Translations under genes and position numbers: made by a program
Shown here: piece by piece, positions 9,186 to 16,764 of the stretch
Layout of the letters: every line of letters begins with the position of its first letter
Numbering within the stretch: the first letter of the stretch is position 1
The notes under the pieces: model-generated
What the model saw: only the letters and a program-made list of their open reading frames with translations
What the model was told of the DNA's origin: nothing
The model's database searches: none
NCBI GenBank assembly: GCA_963827685.1
Contig: CAWHBU010000003.1
Coordinates: 1 to 64,000, forward strand
Direction: 5' to 3'
Length of the DNA: 64,000 bases
Origin: an uncultured delta proteobacterium
Lineage (GTDB): Bacteria > Desulfobacterota > BSN033 > UBA1163

Positions 9186-11659
9186 AAATGGCAGATTTCA
9201 TAGCAATAAACGGGGCAAGACTTCCACGAGAAGAGATAGATTCAAGGGAAGTCTCTGTTATCACTATCCCCAATCTTTCAGTCGGCCATTCTGAATCCCT
9301 AAGAATCAAGCTCTTCAATGCTTGCGGCATGGTCAGCATCTATTACCGGAACGCGTTTTATTCTCTTCCGACGAAGGAAGAGCAAACGGACCCGGTTTCA
9401 ATACTTTCTGAAAGGATAAAAGATCTGGGAGAGATAGGCGAAGAAAAGAGGACCTTTTCAGAGCTGGATGATACTGTAAGGGAAAGGCTTCTGGTGGAAC
9501 TTTTCAGACATGCCGCCTCCAAAGCCACTTATTTCGGGATTTATGGACGGATATTTTTCAAGGCTGGTGATAATATTGACCCGTTTTTCACTCCTGCATT
9601 TGAGCTTTCCATAAGGGAATTTGAGAATTCATACGGTTATTTCATTAACCCAACTCTCTTGTCCATGGCAAACTGCACCCGGTTATTTGATAGGCTGCGC
9701 CAAGGAGATAGACTGATAAAGTTGTGCTCAAAAAGGTTCGAATGCAGCCTATTCCTGGAGGAAGGGAAATGCAAGTATTCTTACCCAACCTTTATCGGTC
9801 TTCTATCTGATTGTATCCCCAGAGATTCTAAAGATTTCGACAGTGAGCTGGATAACCTGGATTATGATCAATGCCCGGGGGTCGATGAGGAAGATTTTGG
9901 GATTTTGCACGTCAAAAGAACAAAAGATACCAAGATGGAGCATTCCTATCTAAGTTTTCTGGCATGCAGGGAGCTAACAGGGGCGGAGAGGCGTTCCTTC
10001 GGCATCGAAGATGAGTTCAGGAAGAAGCTGCTTCCTCCCTCGTCCGTCCGTTATCATCAGACGAAAACAATCATGGACAGTATATTCAAGAATGGTTCCA
10101 TTACCATCAATACTCTTGATTTTCCAGTAACGAGTGAGATAGGCAACTTTCATGAGCTCCCAACCGAAGGGGTCGCAATTGGGCTAGAAGAGCCCATGCT
10201 TCAGTTCGACCCAATCAACGAAGACCTCTGTTCAATAGAGCCATCGTCATTGTTTTTCAAGGGTGTCTTTGACGCATCATCGGCTTACAGACCTTTCAGC
10301 GCGATAAAGCCTTATGTGATCACCCCCAGCGACGCAAAACATAACCTGAACCAGGTTATTGACTGGCTGGCTGACGGAAAACAATACATTGATCGAGATG
10401 GAAGGCAGAAATTCGAAATTGTCGGCCTTAATCATAGATTCTCAAGATTCAACTGCAAGCTTGTATTGCCAAAGGAGGGCGATTACTTCTACGCTGATAC
10501 AGAAGAGAAGTTCATAGAGTCCGCTGATGCTATCGTGAACCAGTGGAACAACGACAACGAAAGGATTGTGCTTGTTGTACTCCCTGAGGCGGTCGAAGAA
10601 GATGATGAAGGGAAGCATGGGGAGTATGGGAGACCATTTTCCCTTTACTACCGGCTGAAAAAGATATTCGTTGAAAACGGTATCCCGTGCCAGATGATCG
10701 AGAAGGACACCTTTCCAAGAGTGGACAGGTATGTGTTGCAGAATCTTCTGGTGAACATCTACTCAAAAATGGGCGGAAGACCCTGGTCTTTGCATTCCCC
10801 GTTGAGTGATGTGAACGCCTTCATCGGGATAGGTTTTGGCTTGAACCCAAAGGCGACTGATAAGCATGTCTACATTGGAGTTGCCAATGTTTTTGACAGC
10901 CACGGAGAGTGGCTGGACATCTGCTCTGACCATAAGGACATAACAGAAGAGGAGAGGGATTCTTTCTATGGATATGAGGCATTCACTGAGAGATCGGTAA
11001 GCTACAAGTTATCAGAGGAGATGGCCCAGAAGATTGTTGAAGAATCACTCAAACGGTTCAAGGATACTAATCCAAACATCGGATTCCCAAGAAACATAGT
11101 CATCCACAAGAATGGTAATCTTTACGAATGCGAGATCAAGGGCATAATGGAAGCATTGAAAAAGCTTGAGGAAAGCGGGGCTGCATTCGAAAAGCTCGGA
11201 CTCTTGTCTATAATCCAGGATCATAATTACAAACTCTTCGGGAACGAAGATACTTTCGAGCGTGTAAGCAAGACGATAAAAGACAGGCCGCCCAAGAGGG
11301 GGGCAGTATATTTCCTTGATGAGAACGAAGCTCTTTTATGCACAACAGGCAAGTTCTATGGGGAGAGGCCCGGAGGAATGAAACTTATTTATAGTGGTCT
11401 TGGGACACCGAGGCCTCTTCTGCTTAGGAATCATCCGATTAATCCTGGGGATTACGGACTGCCGGAACTACAGCTATATTCCTTTGTTGAGTTGATAAAT
11501 CAGGTCTTTGGTCTTAGCAAGATACACTGGGGATCCTTGAGGACTGACATCCATCTGCCCGTTACCTCGATGTATTCAAGCAGGGTCGCTAAGGTCATCT
11601 CAAAAAGCGGGATAGAACGAATCCACAGGCCGGCAGCGAAAAGGCCTTGGTTTTTATGA
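9182..11659 (+). CDS. Long prokaryotic Argonaute (MID-PIWI), catalytically inactive
   Basis: MID YYRLKK..GIPCQMI..NLLVNIYSKMGGRPW; PIWI FIGIGFG, IVIHKNG, GTPRPL, QVFGLSKIHW, LPVTSMYS; ends in WFL; catalytic Asp positions are replaced. Confidence 0.92.
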   Translation: MKMADFIAINGARLPREEIDSREVSVITIPNLSVGHSESLRIKLFNACGMVSIYYRNAFYSLPTKEEQTDPVSILSERIKDLGEIGEEKRTFSELDDTVRERLLVELFRHAASKATYFGIYGRIFFKAGDNIDPFFTPAFELSIREFENSYGYFINPTLLSMANCTRLFDRLRQGDRLIKLCSKRFECSLFLEEGKCKYSYPTFIGLLSDCIPRDSKDFDSELDNLDYDQCPGVDEEDFGILHVKRTKDTKMEHSYLSFLACRELTGAERRSFGIEDEFRKKLLPPSSVRYHQTKTIMDSIFKNGSITINTLDFPVTSEIGNFHELPTEGVAIGLEEPMLQFDPINEDLCSIEPSSLFFKGVFDASSAYRPFSAIKPYVITPSDAKHNLNQVIDWLADGKQYIDRDGRQKFEIVGLNHRFSRFNCKLVLPKEGDYFYADTEEKFIESADAIVNQWNNDNERIVLVVLPEAVEEDDEGKHGEYGRPFSLYYRLKKIFVENGIPCQMIEKDTFPRVDRYVLQNLLVNIYSKMGGRPWSLHSPLSDVNAFIGIGFGLNPKATDKHVYIGVANVFDSHGEWLDICSDHKDITEEERDSFYGYEAFTERSVSYKLSEEMAQKIVEESLKRFKDTNPNIGFPRNIVIHKNGNLYECEIKGIMEALKKLEESGAAFEKLGLLSIIQDHNYKLFGNEDTFERVSKTIKDRPPKRGAVYFLDENEALLCTTGKFYGERPGGMKLIYSGLGTPRPLLLRNHPINPGDYGLPELQLYSFVELINQVFGLSKIHWGSLRTDIHLPVTSMYSSRVAKVISKSGIERIHRPAAKRPWFL

Positions 11660-11881
11660 TATGGCAGACAACGAATACCTTAATACCATCCTAGAACCGC
11701 ACAACCGGGACGCTGGTTCTAAAACAACTTGACACCGTTGGCAGACTTTAAAATAGGTGGCGACTGCTCAGAAATACCTTAAAATGTTTTACATCTCCTC
11801 AATCCTCCTCAATCATTAACGGAGGAATTTTAGCGGCATATAAGATTTTTTCTTTTCAGTCAATCGGTAAAAGAATTTCTC

Positions 11882-11917
11882 TTATTTTTCTTTGCTCTTT
11901 CTGACTATAGTTCTTTT
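11882..11917 (-). repeat. Orphan bamF 3'-end fragment
   Basis: Encodes KRTIVRKSKEK*, identical in protein to the bamF tail (19502-19534) but with synonymous changes. Confidence 0.75.
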
Positions 11918-11923
11918 TCCTTC

Positions 11924-12088
11924 TTATTTTGATAATAGCTCCTTCAATTTCGCGGTCAGAGCAGGCAAGACCTCTTTATAATCCCCGACAATACCGAAGT
12001 GGGCCACGTTGAAGATATTCGCCTCCTTATCCTTATTGATAGCCACAATGTATTTTGATCCCAAACAGCCAGCGATATGCGACACGGC
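11924..12088 (-). repeat. Orphan etfA 3'-end copy 2 (about 165 bp)
   Basis: Encodes [52 protein letters not shown]. Confidence 0.95.
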
Positions 12089-12176
12089 CGTTCCTTGACA
12101 ATGGGAAAAAAGGGATTACGTTTTTATTGAGATAACTTCAGGGGTTTTAGCCTGTGGGGATTAAAGGAGGAAAACC

Positions 12177-12590
12177 ATGGCAAATAAACATACGAAAATG
12201 AATCCAGTTGTTCACTTCGAGATGCCGGCGGAAGATAGAAAACGCATGGCAGATTTCTATACAAACGTGTTTGGTTGGAAGACACAGATGTTAGGCTCAG
12301 AAATGGGCGACTATGTTCTCGCCACCACAACGGAGTCCGACGAAACGGGTCGTCCAAAGAATCCAGGCGCCATCAATGGCGGCTTCTTCCCAAAGTCGGA
12401 CGATAAACCCGCCCAATATCCTTCCGTGGTGATTGCAGTCGAAGATATTAAGGAGCATATGAAGAAAGTGGAAAAAGCGGGTGGCAAGGTACTTGGAGAG
12501 CCGTGGGATATACCCGGTGTCGGATTGTACGTGTCTTTTTTTGACACGGAAGGCAACAGGGTGAGCATGCTCCAGCCGTCTCGGTCATAA
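12177..12590 (+). CDS. VOC/glyoxalase family protein
   Basis: NPVVHFEMPAED, FY..VFGW, GAINGG, FFDTEGNRV; AAGGAGG SD. Confidence 0.9.
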   Translation: MANKHTKMNPVVHFEMPAEDRKRMADFYTNVFGWKTQMLGSEMGDYVLATTTESDETGRPKNPGAINGGFFPKSDDKPAQYPSVVIAVEDIKEHMKKVEKAGGKVLGEPWDIPGVGLYVSFFDTEGNRVSMLQPSRS

Positions 12591-12615
12591 ACTGCTGAAA
12601 AAACGTGTCTGTGTC

Positions 12616-12635
12616 CCTGCCTACCGGCAGGCAGG
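12616..12635. repeat. Short palindromic repeat cctgcctaccggcaggcagg
   Basis: Identical copy at 33153-33172. Confidence 0.65.
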
Positions 12636-12846
12636 CGTGACGCGCGTTCGTAATTCTTCAACTCTAATACACAACCCCATGCACCACGTAGGGTGCATGA
12701 CTGTCCTGAACTTTAAATGGTTCAGGGCTCACCCTCCCCCGTCCAGGGGGAAAAAGGAATTGATGAAATATCCTCATGCTGGATGCATGTTAGACAACCT
12801 ATCCCCAGAAAATAGCTTAACGCAAAGCGCCGTGCCCACTGCAGGC

Positions 12847-12935
12847 CCCCGTTAGAAAGCTCCAGCATTTATGCCGGGGGATGGGGAAAATAGAAAGCAT
12901 CAGCTCATTATTGAGGACAGCCCTTTCTAACTGGG
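12847..12935. repeat. REP/MITE-like element ccccgttagaaag...ctttctaac(t/g)ggg
   Basis: Terminal inverted repeats; compact copy at 28633-28667. Confidence 0.6.
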
Positions 12936-13066
12936 TTTACTGCCGTGCGTTGCCTTTGGGCCTGCAAGTGCGAGTGCACCCGGGCATTTATTCTTGGGAG
13001 TCGATGGGTTGACTTCTGGCTTCTGATATGTAATACTGGGTATTACCTTCTATCGAGGGGCATTCC

Positions 13067-13342
13067 GTGAAGATTTCTGACTTCGAATGGGATGAGTGGA
13101 ACTCGCAGCATATTGAACTGGGACACGGTATTGAACCAGAAGAGGCCGAAGAGGTCTTTGCAGCTTCGCCCCTTTTCCGTAAGACAAGAAAGGGGCACTA
13201 TGTTGCTATGGGACCTACGCTCGCCGGGCGGTATTTGGTTGTAGTTTTTGAAATGAAGAGAAAAGGAATTGCTCGGGTGATAACCGGTTGGGACCTGGAC
13301 GACGCTGAAAAACGGTACTATCTTAAGAAAAGAGGGAGGTGA
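13067..13342 (+). CDS. BrnT-family toxin (type II TA)
   Basis: FEWDEWN..HI..GHGI..EEAEEVF, G.T.AGRYL.VVF, RVIT motifs. Confidence 0.88.
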   Translation: MKISDFEWDEWNSQHIELGHGIEPEEAEEVFAASPLFRKTRKGHYVAMGPTLAGRYLVVVFEMKRKGIARVITGWDLDDAEKRYYLKKRGR

Positions 13343-13348
13343 ATATCC

Positions 13349-13642
13349 ATGGAGAGAAAGAAGGCCGTTCTCAAAGAGGCTGGTGACGCACAATATTACG
13401 ATAAACACGGAGTTTTGAAAGAAATTATTGACGAACCGGTGGAAATGAGTTTAAAAACCGAACTACGCAGAAGTATCATTCTGGGTAAAAGGAGGAAAAA
13501 GCTAAAAAACATATCCATCAAGGTGGATCCGCTACAAATCCAGGCGATCAAGAAAGTTGCAGCGATGAAGTCCATCCCATATCAGATACTCATCCGTCAC
13601 TGGTTGTCTCAGAATCTCAAGGAAGAATTGCATATCGAATAA
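13349..13642 (+). CDS. BrnA/CopG-like antitoxin
   Basis: C-terminal ISIKVD...IK..A..K.IPYQ.LIR.WL ribbon-helix-helix pattern; directly downstream of the toxin. Confidence 0.82.
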   Translation: MERKKAVLKEAGDAQYYDKHGVLKEIIDEPVEMSLKTELRRSIILGKRRKKLKNISIKVDPLQIQAIKKVAAMKSIPYQILIRHWLSQNLKEELHIE

Positions 13643-13701
13643 CCCATGTATCCCTGATGGAGAAGCCTCCCTTTCCCCCAGGGTTCTAGCAAATCTGCGG
13701 C

Positions 13702-13888
13702 TTATGCTGATTTTAGCTCCTTGAGTTTCGCGGTCGGAGCAGGTAAGACTTCTTTATAATCCCCGACGATACCGAAGTGGGCTACGTTGAAGATATTCGC
13801 CTCCTTATCCTTATTGATAGCCACAATGACCTTTGATCCCAAACAGCCAGCGATATGCGACATGGCGCCAGAGAGAGCTACGGCTATG
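13702..13888 (-). repeat. Orphan etfA 3'-end copy 3 (about 187 bp)
   Basis: Encodes [61 protein letters not shown]. Confidence 0.95.
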
Positions 13889-13976
13889 ATGGCATCAATA
13901 AAAATAATCCCGTCCTTATAGGAGATGGTGACGTCCACTTTGGATATGCCTTCTCTGTACTTTCTGCTGAATAGCG

Positions 13977-14005
13977 TTGACAATGTTATAAAATGTGACT
14001 ATAAT
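13977..14005 (+). promoter_or_regulatory. Consensus sigma70 promoter of the RelE/Phd module (probably leaderless)
   Basis: TTGACA-17 bp-TATAAT; an ATG lies 7 nt downstream at 14013. Confidence 0.75.
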
Positions 14006-14012
14006 TATGGTT

Positions 14013-14330
14013 ATGGGTATTCCCTATAAATTAGTTTATGCTCCTCAAGTGAAACAGCATTCGAAGGCAATTGAGCCAAAATATTTTTCATTGATTCGTA
14101 CTAAAATTGAGACTCAATTGAGGCTTGAACCGACTGTCGAAACAAGAAACCGAAAACCCTTAAAGCAACAAGCTGACTTTGAAGGGGAATGGGAACTTCG
14201 TTTTGGCCCTGAAAATCGATTTCGAGTATTTTACGCAATAGATATAGAGAACCATGAGGTACAAATTCTGGCTATTGGTGTTAAAAAAGGAACCCGCCTT
14301 TTTATCGGTGGAGAGGAGGTTGAATTATGA
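14013..14330 (+). CDS. RelE/ParE-family toxin
   Basis: RNRKPL...WELRFG...RFRVFY......V.ILAIGVK. Confidence 0.85.
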   Translation: MGIPYKLVYAPQVKQHSKAIEPKYFSLIRTKIETQLRLEPTVETRNRKPLKQQADFEGEWELRFGPENRFRVFYAIDIENHEVQILAIGVKKGTRLFIGGEEVEL

Positions 14331-14632
14331 AGATTGCATCCGTTGCAGACGTTAAAGCAAAATTGAGTGCCTATTTGAGAGGATCTCAGGAAGGACCAGT
14401 CGTTGTCACCAGGAATGGAAAACCAGTGGGGGTTCTGCTGTCCGTGGAAGACGAAGAAGAATTGGAGCGGCTATTACTTGCTTATTCACCCCGTTTGCGA
14501 AAGATTCTTTTAGCCGCCCGAAATCAGATTCAATCCACTGGAGGCATCTCACACAGGGAATTCTGGAAAGAAATGGAAAAGAAAGTATCAATAGATCGGA
14601 AGAAAAGAATTTCTGGGATGAAAGCCGCTTAA
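14327..14632 (+). CDS. Phd/YefM-family antitoxin
   Basis: SVADVKAKLSAYL....GPVVVTRNGKPVGVL; ATGA overlap with the toxin. Confidence 0.9.
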   Translation: MKIASVADVKAKLSAYLRGSQEGPVVVTRNGKPVGVLLSVEDEEELERLLLAYSPRLRKILLAARNQIQSTGGISHREFWKEMEKKVSIDRKKRISGMKAA

Positions 14633-14732
14633 TTGAGTTACCTATCTTCGTCCCACCTTCAGACCCCAATCTGGTCAGCCGGTCCCACCGGCTTGTGAAC
14701 AGTGTAGACGCGACACCGATACTGAGACATCA

Positions 14733-14769
14733 AACAAAAAAGGGAGCCGGCGGGCTCCCTTTTTTGTTT
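14733..14769. terminator. Bidirectional terminator between etfA and the TA module
   Basis: GC hairpin gggagcc/ggctccc flanked by A- and T-tracts. Confidence 0.85.
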
Positions 14770-14789
14770 AGTTATTTAAGTTCCGTGAC

Positions 14790-15791
14790 TTATTTTGACA
14801 GTAGCTCCTTGAATTTCGCGGTCAGGGCAGGCAAGACTTCTTTATAATCCCCGACGATACCGAAGTGGGCCACGTTGAAGATATTCGCCTCCTTATCCTT
14901 ATTGATAGCCACAATGTATTTCGATCCCAAACAGCCAGCGATATGCGACATGGCGCCAGAGAGAGCTACGGCTATGTATAGTTTAGGGCTGACCACCTTT
15001 CCGCTCTGGCCCACCTGGAGCCTCGTCGGCGCCCAACCCTCGTCACAGGCAGGCCTGGTAGCACCAACAGCGCCACCCAGAACGTTAGCGAGCTCCCGGA
15101 GCATCCCGAAATTCTGAGCACCACCTATGCCACGCCCACCGCTGACGACGACCTCAGCGTCTTCGAGCTTCACCCCTTCCACTTCCTCTCTTATGCGATC
15201 GATAACCCTGACTTTAAGCGCCGAAGGATCGATCTTGCCTTCTACAGGGATAACCTGACCTTGCCGAGAGTCATTGCGCTCTGCTGGCGGCACTATTTTC
15301 GGTCTTAGAGTAGCCATTTGAGGCCGGGCAGACTTTGATACCATCGTGGCGTGGGCGTTACCACCAAAGACAGGCCTGGTCGAGACCAGGAGCTTGGTCG
15401 CCGGGTCAACGGATAACGCCAGGCAGTCCATCGCGAGCCCACCCCCTAAGCGACCATTGAGTCGCGGAGCCAAATCACAACCGATATCCGTATGGCCAAG
15501 AAGCATAATGGAAGGAAGCACTTTCTTGCAAAGGTCAGCCGCTACCTGAGTGTAGGCATCGGAGTTATAATCATCCAGGAGACTGTCTTCAGCAACATAG
15601 ACATTGTCAGCCCCATAGGCGATTGCCTCCTTACCCAGGCCGCCTGTTTTGCTACCCATCAACAGGGTACTTAAGTCCTCGCCCAGTTCACTGGCGAGCT
15701 TTCTTCCGATTCCAAGGAGTTCTATAGTGATTGGCGCAAGTTTCCCTTCGGCGATCTCACCGCAAACCAAAACACCTTTATGACTATCCAT
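14790..15791 (-). CDS. etfA: Electron transfer flavoprotein alpha subunit
   Basis: LEDAEVVVSGGRG, GATRP, QVGQSGKVVSPKLYIA, IVAINKD motifs. Confidence 0.95.
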   Translation of the reverse strand: MDSHKGVLVCGEIAEGKLAPITIELLGIGRKLASELGEDLSTLLMGSKTGGLGKEAIAYGADNVYVAEDSLLDDYNSDAYTQVAADLCKKVLPSIMLLGHTDIGCDLAPRLNGRLGGGLAMDCLALSVDPATKLLVSTRPVFGGNAHATMVSKSARPQMATLRPKIVPPAERNDSRQGQVIPVEGKIDPSALKVRVIDRIREEVEGVKLEDAEVVVSGGRGIGGAQNFGMLRELANVLGGAVGATRPACDEGWAPTRLQVGQSGKVVSPKLYIAVALSGAMSHIAGCLGSKYIVAINKDKEANIFNVAHFGIVGDYKEVLPALTAKFKELLSK

Positions 15792-15877
15792 TGAATATCC
15801 TCCGTTCATTTCTCTCATCTGTGTAATCTGCCATAATCTGTGTAATCAGAGATTTCGGGACTTTTTCCGAAATCTCA

Positions 15878-16672
15878 TTATATCAGCTTAGCAAGCTTTA
15901 AGGCGAGATTGACGGCAGCTTCACTTGGAGTACCCCCGGCAACTATCTCGCACTCGGTCTTTCGGGTCGGCACAGAGAGACCGGCGATCTCAATATGGGC
16001 CTTCGCCTTGTCCAGCTGCGAGGACTCAGCCCCAATATCCTGCGCCTTCCAGATCGGAATCTGCTTTTTGCGAGCAAGCATGAGGCCCACTCCACCGGGA
16101 AGACGAGGCAGACCGATCTCACTGCTGACCGTAACCAGGCTTGGCATAGGAGCTTCCAGTACTTCATAGCCATCCTTCACTATCCTTTTTACCCTGAGTT
16201 TCTTGTCCACTGCCTGGATATCGCAGGCGAGGGTCACGACAGGGATGCCAAGTATTTCGGCCAGAATGGAGCCCACCTGACCAGCGCCCCAGTCAGCGGC
16301 CTGTCGGCCACACAGAATTAGGTCATACCCGCCTATTTTCTGGATCGCTTTCCCCAAGACATAAGCAGTACCAAAGCTATCCAAGTTTTCGAAGGCTGCG
16401 TCCTCGAGAACAAATCCTTCGTCGGCCCCCATCGAGATGGTGTGCTTTATCACATCAGAAGCTTTCCCTGACCCCATGCTGATCACGGTTATTTTCCCTT
16501 TGTGCTTATCTTTGAGCCGGCATGCTGCCTCAACGGCTCGTTCATCATACACGCTGATCACAGGCGGCACTCCGGGGGGAGGAATCACCTTTTTCGTTTC
16601 GGGGTCAATCTTGAATTTGGCCGGTGGTATCTCGGGGTCGGGTACTTGTTTAACACAGACGATGGTATTCAT
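15878..16672 (-). CDS. etfB: Electron transfer flavoprotein beta subunit
   Basis: IVCVKQVPD, DERAVEAA, MGAD, DLILCGRQAAD..GQVG motifs. Confidence 0.95.
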   Translation of the reverse strand: MNTIVCVKQVPDPEIPPAKFKIDPETKKVIPPPGVPPVISVYDERAVEAACRLKDKHKGKITVISMGSGKASDVIKHTISMGADEGFVLEDAAFENLDSFGTAYVLGKAIQKIGGYDLILCGRQAADWGAGQVGSILAEILGIPVVTLACDIQAVDKKLRVKRIVKDGYEVLEAPMPSLVTVSSEIGLPRLPGGVGLMLARKKQIPIWKAQDIGAESSQLDKAKAHIEIAGLSVPTRKTECEIVAGGTPSEAAVNLALKLAKLI

Positions 16673-16764
16673 ATGACTCCCTTCCTAATTAGAGAGCTCT
16701 GAAAAACTAATTTCGCTCTCTGATTCTAATCTGTGTAATCGGCTCAGAATCTGTGTAATCTCAA

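Noticed and set aside
9182-11659. Active slicer Argonaute, or short pAgo with an APAZ partner
   Set aside because: The catalytic aspartates are absent, the protein is full length, and the partner shows no APAZ, SIR2 or TIR features.
6415-14990. etfA tails as template and variable repeats of a diversity-generating retroelement
   Set aside because: No reverse transcriptase is in the window, and the differences are mostly synonymous and not adenine-specific.
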